Source of the DNA: an uncultured delta proteobacterium
GTDB lineage: Bacteria; Desulfobacterota; Binatia; UBA9968
Direction: 5' to 3'
Length of the DNA: 64,000 nt
Assembly: GCA_963804165.1 (NCBI GenBank)
Contig: CAWDPO010000025.1
Span: 1-64,000, forward strand
Shown here in pieces: positions 41,008 to 50,077 of the stretch. Every line of letters starts with the position of its first letter. Position 1 is the stretch's first letter. The notes under the pieces are model-generated. The model worked only from the letters and a program-made list of their open reading frames with translations. It was not told the DNA's origin and did no database searches. A program made the translations under genes and the position numbers.

Positions 41008-41076
41008 TTGGAGTAATGGAGTGGTGGAGTGATGGGAGTAGCAACACTCCAGTACTCCAATACTCCATCACTCCAG
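41008..41076. repeat. Octamer-based inverted-repeat hairpin
   Basis: tggagtaa tggagtgg tggagtga tgggagta gcaac actccagt actccaat actccatc actccag. Confidence 0.78.
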
Positions 41077-41078
41077 TT

Positions 41079-41795
41079 CTATCTTTTTCCCTCGAGCCGG
41101 CTCACGTAATATTCCCAGCCGCGCATCGGAAATCGCTGGTCGGCATTGTAAACTTCGAGCTCCGCGGCGGTTAGATACTTCGGTTCGCCGTGCAGCAACG
41201 CCAGATGATTCCATTCGCCGAGCATGGCGAGCCGCGTGGTACGCTCGATGACCTGCTCGATGCTTTCGCCCGCCACGGCGTCGCCGTGCGCACGCATCAA
41301 GACCACGGGGCCGTTGCCGAGGGCGGATGCCAATTCGTTACCGCGCTCGACCGTACGTACCAGTCCGATACCTTCGTATATCGGCGGGCCGTCGGCGGAA
41401 AGAAATTTGCCGTAGTGGTGCATGGGCTTGAGCTTGATTGGCAGCACGCTGAAAATCGTACTCCACTTCGAGTGCGTGTGCGCGACGCTGACGATCTCCG
41501 GACGCGCTTTCAAGATACACGCATGAATCGGCCATTCATTGGGCGGTGTCTTGGCGCCGTCGAGGTAATTGCCAGCGAAATCCTGCATGATCAGTCGCTC
41601 GCGGGTGACGCACCCGGGACTGACGTTCGCGATGGTGATAAATGCATCGGCGCCGGGAACACGCACGCTGATGTGGCCGTAACCGTCGGTGACGCCCTCG
41701 TGATCGAGGATGTGGCAGGCGGTTATCAATTTCTCCGTCAGCTCTTTCAACTCCGACGAGTCTATTTTGGGCACGTCTGTTCGAGTCGCCGCCAT
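41079..41795 (-). CDS. Class II aldolase/adducin family protein
   Basis: GYGHISVR, EWPIHACI, VAHTHS, LMRAHG zinc ligands. Confidence 0.9.
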   Translation of the reverse strand: MAATRTDVPKIDSSELKELTEKLITACHILDHEGVTDGYGHISVRVPGADAFITIANVSPGCVTRERLIMQDFAGNYLDGAKTPPNEWPIHACILKARPEIVSVAHTHSKWSTIFSVLPIKLKPMHHYGKFLSADGPPIYEGIGLVRTVERGNELASALGNGPVVLMRAHGDAVAGESIEQVIERTTRLAMLGEWNHLALLHGEPKYLTAAELEVYNADQRFPMRGWEYYVSRLEGKR

Positions 41796-41867
41796 GAACG
41801 CTCCTTACTGATCGGGATAAAGACGAATGATTTACTTTGGCGAATCTATTCGTCGGCTCTCGGACTG

Positions 41868-42590
41868 TCAAGAAGAGCGCCGCTCACGGATACGGCTCAA
41901 GTAATACTCCCACGGACGCGCAGGAAATGCCTGGTCGGCGGAAAACGTTGCCAACTCCTCTTCGCTCATGTAGAGCGGCTCGCCGTGAGCCACGGCCACG
42001 TGCGCGAGCTCGCCGATAAATGCAAGTTGGACGGTGCGCAGGATGGCTTGCTCGAGACTGGCGCCAACGACGGCGTCGCCGTGCGCCCGCATCAAGACCG
42101 CCGCGCTCTCCTTCAAAGCCGTCGCCAGCGCTTCGCCGCGCTCGACGGTGCCGATCAGGCCGGCCGCCGGATAAACTGGCGGGCCGTTCGCGGGAAGGAA
42201 CTTCGCGTACATGTGCACCGGGCGAAGACCGCCTTTGAGCACGCTGAAAAGCGAGCTCCACTTGGAGTGGGTGTGGCACACACTCATCACGTCGGGGCGA
42301 GCACGCAGGATGCACGCGTGAATCGGCCATTCGTAGGGTGGCGTATTTTGGCCGCCGAGAAATTTTCCGTTGAGGTCGAGCAGCACGAGTCGCTCCAACG
42401 TCGCGCAGCCGGGGCTGACTCCGGCGATGGTAAGAAAGGCATCGGTTCCGGGAACGCGTATACTTACGTGGCCGTAACCGTCGGTGATGCCTTGGCGGTC
42501 AAGAATGTGACAGCCGTCGACTAGTTTTTGCTTGAGCTCTTTAAGCTCGCTGGAATCGAAAGCGGGAACATTTGCGTTAAGACTGTCCAT
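41868..42590 (-). CDS. Class II aldolase/adducin family protein (tandem paralog)
   Basis: GYGHVSIR, EWPIHACI, VCHTHS, LMRAHG. Confidence 0.9.
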   Translation of the reverse strand: MDSLNANVPAFDSSELKELKQKLVDGCHILDRQGITDGYGHVSIRVPGTDAFLTIAGVSPGCATLERLVLLDLNGKFLGGQNTPPYEWPIHACILRARPDVMSVCHTHSKWSSLFSVLKGGLRPVHMYAKFLPANGPPVYPAAGLIGTVERGEALATALKESAAVLMRAHGDAVVGASLEQAILRTVQLAFIGELAHVAVAHGEPLYMSEEELATFSADQAFPARPWEYYLSRIRERRSS

Positions 42591-42735
42591 GGACACTCCT
42601 TGGTGTCGCGTATTTGTTCACCTCGGTTCTAGTGGCCGATAGGTGAGGAGTCAAGGCAACGATTGTCTTGACAAGCAATTCGTCGCGGAGGTTAATGCCC
42701 TAGGGAATTCAACGCCTGCAGGGGGTACACCCGTG

Positions 42736-43722
42736 ATGTCCAGGATTTTCCGCGCAGCGTTGCTGTTGGCGCTACTCTCATCGCCCATTTCACTTGCCGC
42801 TCAAGAAAAATACATCGCCAGCTATGCGGGCTTCGCCGGATTCCAAGCTCCTTTGTGGGCGGCCAAAGACTACGGTTTCATGGCGAAATACGGCGTGAAC
42901 ACCGATCTGGTCATGATCCCCGGATCCGCAAGGGGTGCGCAAGCCCTGCTCGGCGGCAGCATTCACTTTGGCCAGATCGACGGCACGGCGCTGATCTCCG
43001 CCATCAATCAAGGTGCGGATCTCGTCTTCGTCGCGTCGTCGTTGAACAGATTCCCGTTCAGTTTGGTCGCGCAGAAAAATATCCGCCAGCCGAAGGATCT
43101 TGTCGGCAAAAAAATCGGTATCGTCGCCTTGGGCGGCGCCCACGAAGTATCGCTCATCCTGGCGCTCAAGGAATGGAACATCCCGCGTCAATCGGTTACG
43201 CTGCTCGCCAGCGGGCCGGCGGCCAATCGTTTATTGGCGCTGTCGAGCGGCGCCTTCGATGCGACTCTGCTCGCGCCGCCGGAGACCGGCGAGGCCGCGC
43301 GCATGGGACTGCCGACGCTTGCCAACATGAACGAGCTCAAAGCCGCATACTTTCCGATGAACGCCGTGGCCACGCGCCGATCCTTTCTGGAGAAAAATCG
43401 CGATGTGATCAAACGATTTCTGCAAGCCTACTCCGAGGGGATACACCAGTTCATGACCAACAAGGATAAGGGACTGGCGTTACTTACCCAGCGGATGAAA
43501 CAGAAAAATCCGGCGGTGGTGGAAGAAACCTATCAGTACTTCAATTCCACGTTCTCATCACCTCCACGCATGTCGCACGAAGGCATGCGCACAGCCATCG
43601 ACATGCTGCAGCAACGCTCTCCGGAGACTAAATTCGATACAAACGTAAACAAGTACGTCGACGAGCGCTTGTTGGACGAGCTGGAGAAGGAAGGGTTCTT
43701 CAAGAGGATGGGCAAGAGTTGA
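42736..43722 (+). CDS. ABC-type substrate-binding protein, NMT1/THI5-like
   Basis: Signal peptide ...LAAQ, PLWAAKDYGF, ALLGGS, ELEKEGFF. Confidence 0.88.
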   Translation: MSRIFRAALLLALLSSPISLAAQEKYIASYAGFAGFQAPLWAAKDYGFMAKYGVNTDLVMIPGSARGAQALLGGSIHFGQIDGTALISAINQGADLVFVASSLNRFPFSLVAQKNIRQPKDLVGKKIGIVALGGAHEVSLILALKEWNIPRQSVTLLASGPAANRLLALSSGAFDATLLAPPETGEAARMGLPTLANMNELKAAYFPMNAVATRRSFLEKNRDVIKRFLQAYSEGIHQFMTNKDKGLALLTQRMKQKNPAVVEETYQYFNSTFSSPPRMSHEGMRTAIDMLQQRSPETKFDTNVNKYVDERLLDELEKEGFFKRMGKS

Positions 43723-43738
43723 TGAAAGCATTGTTCGG

Positions 43739-44053
43739 ATGACTTCCGCGGAGCGGGGAGTCGGTTGGTTACTCTTGCTCACGGGTGCAGTGGCCTTGGT
43801 TTTTTTCTATTTCGTGGAATCATTCTTTATGTCCAACCTGTTAGCCGGCTACTTTTGGTTGTCGGGCACGGTCCTCAGTTCGCTGGTCACATACGACCTA
43901 TTTCACAGGCACGATTTTACAATTCGACGTAGGACGGTTCTTTCAGTCATAGCGTGGATTGTTCCCTGCACAAGTTGGGTTGTGTTTATCATGCATCGCA
44001 ATCTGCCACGTCCTGTTTCGGCTGCAGCGACGATTGGCGACCAAAATCATTAG
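43739..44053 (+). CDS. Small hypothetical membrane protein (3 TM)
   Basis: Three hydrophobic segments; fills the gap between co-oriented genes. Confidence 0.5.
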   Translation: MTSAERGVGWLLLLTGAVALVFFYFVESFFMSNLLAGYFWLSGTVLSSLVTYDLFHRHDFTIRRRTVLSVIAWIVPCTSWVVFIMHRNLPRPVSAAATIGDQNH

Positions 44054-44055
44054 CG

Positions 44056-44658
44056 ATGTCAGCGCACACTCAAACTTTGGCCTCACTTCATTGTCACCCG
44101 GACACGGCCTGTACAGCTGTCGAGAGCATCAATTCATTCCTGCTTTGGCACAAAGGACCGGTTCTCACGGTCACCTATGTGCTCAATGGCGTCGTCGATC
44201 AATTGCGAATCCCGCCGGATCCACCGGCTCGCCTGGTAGACGATTTGTGGCAACACACTTGCTTTGAATTGTTCATCGGCGCGAAAAACGACGCCGAATA
44301 CTATGAATTCAATTTCTCTCCATCCGGTGAATGGGCGGCGTACAGTTTCCACGATTATCGCGACGGTGGCCCGTGCAACGACGACGAGATTGAACCGAAA
44401 ATCACTGTGCAGCGAAGTACCGCGTCATTAGAGTTAAGCGCGGTTATTCGCTTCAACCATTTGCTCGGGATACAGCCAGATGTCTGTCTATGCATCGGAC
44501 TTTCCAGTGTAATCGAAGATCTCAACGGCGCGCTCTCGTATTGGGCGCTCAAACATCCGCCGGGGAAACCTGACTTTCATCATTCCGACAATTTCGTTCT
44601 GGAATTCGCGCCCAAAGTGGTCGACGGCGCCGCTATCGATTATACTATCAAGCTATGA
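44056..44658 (+). CDS. DOMON-like domain protein
   Basis: LWQHTCFELF, YYEFNFSPSGEWAAY.F.DYR, SYWALKHP.GKPDFH; ATGA overlap with the next gene. Confidence 0.85.
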   Translation: MSAHTQTLASLHCHPDTACTAVESINSFLLWHKGPVLTVTYVLNGVVDQLRIPPDPPARLVDDLWQHTCFELFIGAKNDAEYYEFNFSPSGEWAAYSFHDYRDGGPCNDDEIEPKITVQRSTASLELSAVIRFNHLLGIQPDVCLCIGLSSVIEDLNGALSYWALKHPPGKPDFHHSDNFVLEFAPKVVDGAAIDYTIKL

Positions 44659-45860
44659 ATTTCGGCATCGATCGCCTGCTTGAGGACGCCAAACTACGAA
44701 AGCCACTGGCGGGAAAGCGAGTTGCATTGCTCGCCCATCCGGCGTCCGTGACCCGTGACTTGGTTCATTCGCTCGACGCCCTGGCGGATTCGAAGGACAT
44801 CAAACTTACGGCAGCCTTCGGCCCGCAACACGGATTACGCGGTGACAAGCAAGACAACATGGTCGAGTCGCCGGATTTTCACGATCCCGTGCATGGCATT
44901 CCAGTGTTCAGTCTATACGGCGAGGCGCGCCGGCCGACACCGGCAATGATGGATAGCTTCGACGTATTGCTCGTCGATCTGCAGGATCTGGGTTGCCGTA
45001 TTTACACGTTCGTCACGACACTGTGCTACGTTCTCGAAGCGGCGGCACGGCATAAAAAAGCGGTTTGGGGGCTCGACCGGCCCAATCCGGTCGGACGGCC
45101 GGTGGAAGGATTACGGTTGCGAGCGGGTTGGGAGAGTTTCGTCGGCGCGGGACCGCTGCCGATGCGCCACGGCCTCACCCTGGGCGAGCTTGCGAAGTGG
45201 TTCGTGAGCACGCTTCGTCTCGATGTGGAATGCGAAGTGATCACGATGGAAGGCTGGAAGCCGTCGAGCGCTCCGGACTACGGCTGGCCGCTCGGCGAGC
45301 GAACATGGGTGAATCCGAGCCCAAACGCATCCAATTTATCGATGGCGCGTTGCTACGCCGGAACCGTGATGCTCGAAGGGACGACGCTATCCGAAGGACG
45401 CGGCACGACACGTCCGTTGGAATTGTTCGGCGCGCCGGATATCGAGCCGCGAGTGCTGCTCGCAAAAATGGCATCGCTCGCACCGGAGTGGCTGCGCGGT
45501 TGCCGATTGCGCGAGTGCTGGTTTGAGCCGACGTTTCACAAACACGCGGGCAAGCTCTGCGCGGGAATTCAAATCCACGTCGCTGATCCGAGCTACAATC
45601 ACGAAACCTTTAAGCCCTGGCGATTGATGGCGCTCACACTTAAGTCGTTGCGCGTATTAAGACCGGATTATGATCTCTGGCGCGACTTCGCCTATGAATA
45701 CGAGCGGGATCGGCTCGCCATTGATTTGATCAGCGGCAGTGAGCTCTTGCGACAATGGGTTGACGATCGCGCGGCGACGCCGAGCGATCTCGACGTGTTG
45801 ACAACGCGAGACGAGCAGTCCTGGCAGGAAGAACGAGAACCACTGCTGTCGTACCGCTAG
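44655..45860 (+). CDS. DUF1343 / NamZ-family exo-beta-N-acetylmuramidase
   Basis: FGPQHG, SLYG, DLQDLGCRIYTF, DRPNP, RHGLTLGE, PSPN, SEGRGTTRP. Confidence 0.88.
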   Translation: MNFGIDRLLEDAKLRKPLAGKRVALLAHPASVTRDLVHSLDALADSKDIKLTAAFGPQHGLRGDKQDNMVESPDFHDPVHGIPVFSLYGEARRPTPAMMDSFDVLLVDLQDLGCRIYTFVTTLCYVLEAAARHKKAVWGLDRPNPVGRPVEGLRLRAGWESFVGAGPLPMRHGLTLGELAKWFVSTLRLDVECEVITMEGWKPSSAPDYGWPLGERTWVNPSPNASNLSMARCYAGTVMLEGTTLSEGRGTTRPLELFGAPDIEPRVLLAKMASLAPEWLRGCRLRECWFEPTFHKHAGKLCAGIQIHVADPSYNHETFKPWRLMALTLKSLRVLRPDYDLWRDFAYEYERDRLAIDLISGSELLRQWVDDRAATPSDLDVLTTRDEQSWQEEREPLLSYR

Positions 45861-45863
45861 TTA

Positions 45864-47338
45864 GTTCTCACTGAAAAAGTCACAATTTTCTTGGGTCTGA
45901 TTATAGGATTGATGTACAAGAGAGCATGCGCAAAGTGATCTCTCAACAGATGAGTTTTGGTGACGGATTTATCGATGCTTCGTTGTACGAGCTGGACGAA
46001 GAGCTTAAGAAAGTTGACGAACTTTTGTCGAGTTCGGCATTGCTGAAGTCCTTTGAAGAGGTCTACGACGAGAGCCAAGGGCGCCCCGGCACACCGGTCG
46101 GGATCTATCTGCGCATGATGTATCTGAAGTTTCGCTGGGGGCTGAGTTACGAAGAAGTCGAGATTGAAGTTCGGGAAAGACTGCCGTGGCGCTACTTCTG
46201 CCATCTTTCGCTGATGGACTCGGTGCCCGATGCTACCACGTTGATTAAACTCAACCAGCGATTCGGCGAAGCCCGGATGGCCGAGCTCAACCGCCAGCTT
46301 ATCAAATCGCTGGTCAAGACCCGCTCGATCAAGCCGCGCCGCATTCGCATCGATTCGACAACTTTGGAAGCCCACATCGCCTATCCCAGTGACATCGGGA
46401 TCTTGCATCAAGCAGTGAGAACGCTCACCCACACAGCCAACTCTTTGGGCCAAAAGATCACCCGCCACGTGAGAGCCACCAAGAGAGCCCTGGCCCGTTG
46501 GGGCCAAAGCTCCAAAGCCAAACCTAAACAGCGTAAGGTCCAAGGCAAAAAAGTGCTCAAGAAAGTAGCCCAACTGGCTACCGACACCCTGGCACAAAGC
46601 CGCCAAGCTATGGAGCAACTGTTGAGGACGGCGCCCACCCAACTCAAAGAGAAGTTCAGGGCGCAGATCGGGGTGGCCAAAGAACTGCTTGAACAGACCA
46701 AAAGCAAACTCGCCGGGCAACGCTCGATTCCCGAGCGCATCGTTTCGTTCTTTGATCCTCATGCCCGGGCCATCGTGAAGGGAAAACTCGATAAGCCTGT
46801 CGAATTTGGTCGTACGCTGGAGTTGGTGCAGGATGACTCTGGGGTGATCGTTCATGACGAAGTCCATCACGGCAATCCCAGCGATAAGATTCATCTGCTT
46901 TCTTTGGTCCGCCAAACCAAAAAGATTCTCAGTCAATCGCCCCAGGCAATTGCCGCGGATCGAGGATTCTACAGCGCAGATAATTTGGCTAAGCTTCGAC
47001 GCCTTAAGGTGTGCCGGGTGAGCATCCCCAAAATCGGTCGGTTGACGCCCAGCGAAACCCAACATCAACGCACCCAGTGGTTTAGAGAACTGCAGCGGTT
47101 TCGCTGCGGGATCGAAGGTTCCATCAGCATGCTTAAACGCCAATTCGGTTTGGGTAAAGTGTTGGCCAAAGGCTCGCCGGCCACCGCCATTTGGACCGGA
47201 TGGGCGATCTTTGCCTACAATCTGTGGCAACAGACTTGATATGCGACTGACACCGAACATCGACTTAAACTCTAAAAACAAAACCTCTAAACTTCAGCCA
47301 AATTTGAAACTCTCAAACTCTACTTTTTCAGTGAGAAC
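45864..47338. mobile_element. Insertion sequence (IS5/ISNCY-like) with 17-19 bp perfect terminal inverted repeats and target duplication
   Basis: Left end GTTCTCACTGAAAAAGT, right end ACTTTTTCAGTGAGAAC; TAGTTA duplicated at 45858-45863 and 47339-47344. Confidence 0.92.
45926..47239 (+). CDS. DDE transposase (IS5/ISNCY-like)
   Basis: GRPGTP, VPDATTL, RIDST, KPVEFG, ADRGF, RFRCGIEGSISMLKR. Confidence 0.92.
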   Translation: MRKVISQQMSFGDGFIDASLYELDEELKKVDELLSSSALLKSFEEVYDESQGRPGTPVGIYLRMMYLKFRWGLSYEEVEIEVRERLPWRYFCHLSLMDSVPDATTLIKLNQRFGEARMAELNRQLIKSLVKTRSIKPRRIRIDSTTLEAHIAYPSDIGILHQAVRTLTHTANSLGQKITRHVRATKRALARWGQSSKAKPKQRKVQGKKVLKKVAQLATDTLAQSRQAMEQLLRTAPTQLKEKFRAQIGVAKELLEQTKSKLAGQRSIPERIVSFFDPHARAIVKGKLDKPVEFGRTLELVQDDSGVIVHDEVHHGNPSDKIHLLSLVRQTKKILSQSPQAIAADRGFYSADNLAKLRRLKVCRVSIPKIGRLTPSETQHQRTQWFRELQRFRCGIEGSISMLKRQFGLGKVLAKGSPATAIWTGWAIFAYNLWQQT

Positions 47339-47390
47339 TAGTTAATCAGAACGAGTGTCATGGAGTATAAATTCGCAGCATAATTCAAAC

Positions 47391-47480
47391 GTCATTCCGG
47401 GCAAGCCCGGCGAAGGCCGGGGGCGACCCGGAATCCAGGAATTTCGAAGAGATCTGGTTACCGGCATCCGCCGGTATGAC
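47391..47480. repeat. REP-like palindromic doublet
   Basis: gtcattccgggcaag...cccggaatccag...ctggttaccggcatccgccggtatgac. Confidence 0.65.
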
Positions 47481-47588
47481 TCTTAAAGAGGACTTGGATT
47501 CCAAAAAACTCGTTTAGGCTCGCTGATTTTTACGAATGACTTTTTGATCGTTGTCCGAAAAAGTTGCAGCGATGGGAGGAGTCGAGAT

Positions 47589-48590
47589 TTGACTAGGGCA
47601 TTTATTCTTATCGTTTTTGGTCTTTGTGCTCTAACAATTCCGTTCAGCGTTTACGCTCAGGACAGACTCACCAAATTCCGCTTCGTCCATCTGGAAGCCA
47701 ACGGCTCGCAGGCCGTGCCGTTTATCGCGAAAGAAGCGAAGGTTTTTGAGAAGAATGGTTTGGACGTCGAGCTCATTCGTATCGGCGGCGGGTCGCGGGT
47801 GATTCAGGCGATGCTTGCCGGAGAGATTAGAATCGCGCACGGGTCGTCTCCGGCGGTCGTCGAGGCAAACCTCGCCGGCGCTGATCTTGTCATCGTCGCT
47901 TCAACCGTCAACGTGGCGACTTTTCGCATGATGGTGGCGCCGACCATCAAAACTCCGAGCGACCTCAAGGGAAAGAAAATCGCCATCAGCCGGTTCGGCG
48001 GTCAGACCGACACCTTGACGCGGTATTTGTTGGAGCGATGGAAACTGGACCCGTCAAAGGACGTGACGCTGCTGCAATCGGGCGGCGGAGCGGAGACCGC
48101 AGCCGCGATGGTCAGCAAAGCGATCGACGCGGGGCTGGTCAATCCGCCGCTGCATTTGAACCTCGCCGACGCAGGCTTTCGTACCCTGGCCAACCTCGGC
48201 GAAATGGGAGTGCCGTACACGAGCGGATCGATCGTGACGACGCGGTCTTTTGTCAAGAGCAATCCGGATCTCCTGCGCCGGGTGATGCGGTCACTTTTGG
48301 AAGGCATCAAGATTTACAAGACCGACCGCGAGTTCTCGCTCAAAGCATTGCAAAAATTCACGCGCAACACGGACCAGAAAGTTCTGACCGCGCTTTGGGA
48401 GGAGTTCGGCAACGGCGTCATACAAAAAGTCCCTTACGCCGATCCCGCGGGGTTCAAATTTGTGTTGGATGAGGTCGCTGTCAGAAGACCCGAGGCGAGA
48501 AAAATGAACATCGATGATTTGGTCGACAATCGTTTCGTTAAAGAATTAGACGACAGCGGCTTTGTCAGGTCCCTCTACGGAAACAAATAG
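47589..48590 (+). CDS. ABC-type substrate-binding protein, NMT1/THI5-like
   Basis: TTG start after GGAGGAG; signal peptide ...VYAQ; FEKNGLDVEL; DLKGKKIAISRFGG; ELDDSGF. Confidence 0.88.
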   Translation: MTRAFILIVFGLCALTIPFSVYAQDRLTKFRFVHLEANGSQAVPFIAKEAKVFEKNGLDVELIRIGGGSRVIQAMLAGEIRIAHGSSPAVVEANLAGADLVIVASTVNVATFRMMVAPTIKTPSDLKGKKIAISRFGGQTDTLTRYLLERWKLDPSKDVTLLQSGGGAETAAAMVSKAIDAGLVNPPLHLNLADAGFRTLANLGEMGVPYTSGSIVTTRSFVKSNPDLLRRVMRSLLEGIKIYKTDREFSLKALQKFTRNTDQKVLTALWEEFGNGVIQKVPYADPAGFKFVLDEVAVRRPEARKMNIDDLVDNRFVKELDDSGFVRSLYGNK

Positions 48591-48735
48591 TCCGATCGAT
48601 TGTATTGTTGCCGCGAGCGTAGCGCAATGAAATTCAGCGCAGCGATTCATTTCCCAGTTCTAGGAACCGCCCGTGAGAATTCTCGCATTAATCGGAAAAC
48701 TCTTCGTAATTAGCTCCTGATGTCCTGAGACGACA

Positions 48736-49332
48736 CTACTTTGTCCAACGAAAGCAGACTTGGCCGGCTTCCATCTGGCAGATAGTTTCGGGCAGATCGC
48801 GATGAGCTTCGCTTTGGTATTGGGGAGCGATGGCAACCCATGCCAGGGGCATCGATTTGCCGCCTTTCATTCGGGTGAACAGTTCCTTGAAGAATCGCGG
48901 AAAGGCGTCGCCGCGCCGATTTAGTGTCCACACCAGATTGGCTCGTTTCGGACCTGACAATTTCGATGCAACGATACCGTGTTCGGCGGTATTGTTCGAG
49001 GCGAGGACCGCAATGGAGGCGCCGGCTTTTTCGGCTAAATGGCGGAGTGTGAACTCCTTGGCAAGCCCCAGCGATCCGTCCGGCGCGATCCCGGCGTAGA
49101 CGAAGAGGACGTCGCATTTCGGTACTTCATAACCTGTCCTCATTTCAAACTTCGAGAATATTGGACCGAGAGCGCTACGGTCTTCAGCGATCAGGGACGC
49201 GAAAACCTCGCCGTCGAGGTTCAAGAACCCGAGGGCGGGATCGGCGATGCCTCGCTTGCGTCCGCGAAAAACTAAATAGAACGCGTAGGCTGCCAAACAC
49301 CCCATGAAAAAATAAATGACGAACAGTTCCAT
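48736..49332 (-). CDS. Hypothetical protein with an N-terminal membrane anchor
   Basis: 198-aa ORF, hydrophobic N-terminus followed by a basic cluster; no family recognised. Confidence 0.6.
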   Translation of the reverse strand: MELFVIYFFMGCLAAYAFYLVFRGRKRGIADPALGFLNLDGEVFASLIAEDRSALGPIFSKFEMRTGYEVPKCDVLFVYAGIAPDGSLGLAKEFTLRHLAEKAGASIAVLASNNTAEHGIVASKLSGPKRANLVWTLNRRGDAFPRFFKELFTRMKGGKSMPLAWVAIAPQYQSEAHRDLPETICQMEAGQVCFRWTK

Positions 49333-49490
49333 GTGTTTGCCGCCCCTTCATACATAAGGAATCGCTTGATAGTATACCGAATCGGGACGGAACCTGAGGA
49401 AGTTTTTTATGTAGCTTATCCTTTATTGACAAGCAGCCGAGCATATAAGAAAAAGATTGAGATCATTCTATCTCAGAAAGGAATTCACCT

Positions 49491-50042
49491 ATGGCGGATC
49501 ATCAGGACAACGAAAAATGGTTCGAGGGAAAGAGCTCGCTGTTCAAATCCCGCGCGGAGCGGGTCAAAGCGGACATGGCGCGGCGTAAGGCGGGGCGCAA
49601 GGCGATCAAGGGCGATGATGTCAAGGTCGAGTGGGAAGAGCAGAATGGGGTGTGGATGGGGCCGCTGGTTTCTCAGGAGCTTGGCTTTGAAAATCGCATT
49701 ATCGAGGTCGACTGCCACATCTATCCGCCGCAATCCCATTCGGTAACGCATAGACACAACGAAGCGATCATCATTGTTCTACGCGGGCAGGGTTATAGCA
49801 TTCTCGACGACGAGCGCATCGACTGGAAGGCAGGCGATACGCTTTATATCGGCCAGGGTGTTTGGCATCAACATCATATTCCAGGCGACGAACCCGCCAT
49901 GGTGTTTGCGATTAAGCCATTGCCGATTCAAGAATACATGGGCGAGCTGAATATCGTTTACAAAGGCGACAAGCCGAAGGTCAATCCGAACTACAAGGCC
50001 GGCACGTTCTTGGAAGAATTCGCCAAGATCGGCAAGAAATAG
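49491..50042 (+). CDS. Cupin domain protein
   Basis: HRHNEAIIIVLRGQG...WKAGD...GVWHQH cupin motifs. Confidence 0.85.
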   Translation: MADHQDNEKWFEGKSSLFKSRAERVKADMARRKAGRKAIKGDDVKVEWEEQNGVWMGPLVSQELGFENRIIEVDCHIYPPQSHSVTHRHNEAIIIVLRGQGYSILDDERIDWKAGDTLYIGQGVWHQHHIPGDEPAMVFAIKPLPIQEYMGELNIVYKGDKPKVNPNYKAGTFLEEFAKIGKK

Positions 50043-50077
50043 AATAAACAACGACTCGAATTGGAGCTCCGGCTCGC

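Noticed and set aside
41008-41076. Short periodic repeats considered as a CRISPR array
   Set aside because: Units are 7-9 nt with no unique spacers, and there are no cas genes
41190-42524. 444-aa plus-strand ORF spanning both aldolase genes
   Set aside because: Antisense shadow of two GC-rich paralogs; its internal repeat only mirrors their duplication
45857-47281. 474-aa ORF antisense to the transposase
   Set aside because: Shadow ORF with no recognisable motifs; the plus-strand DDE transposase explains the region
49426-49449. Sigma70 promoter TTGACA...TATAAG before the cupin gene
   Set aside because: The spacer is only 12 bp, inconsistent with the 16-18 bp requirement
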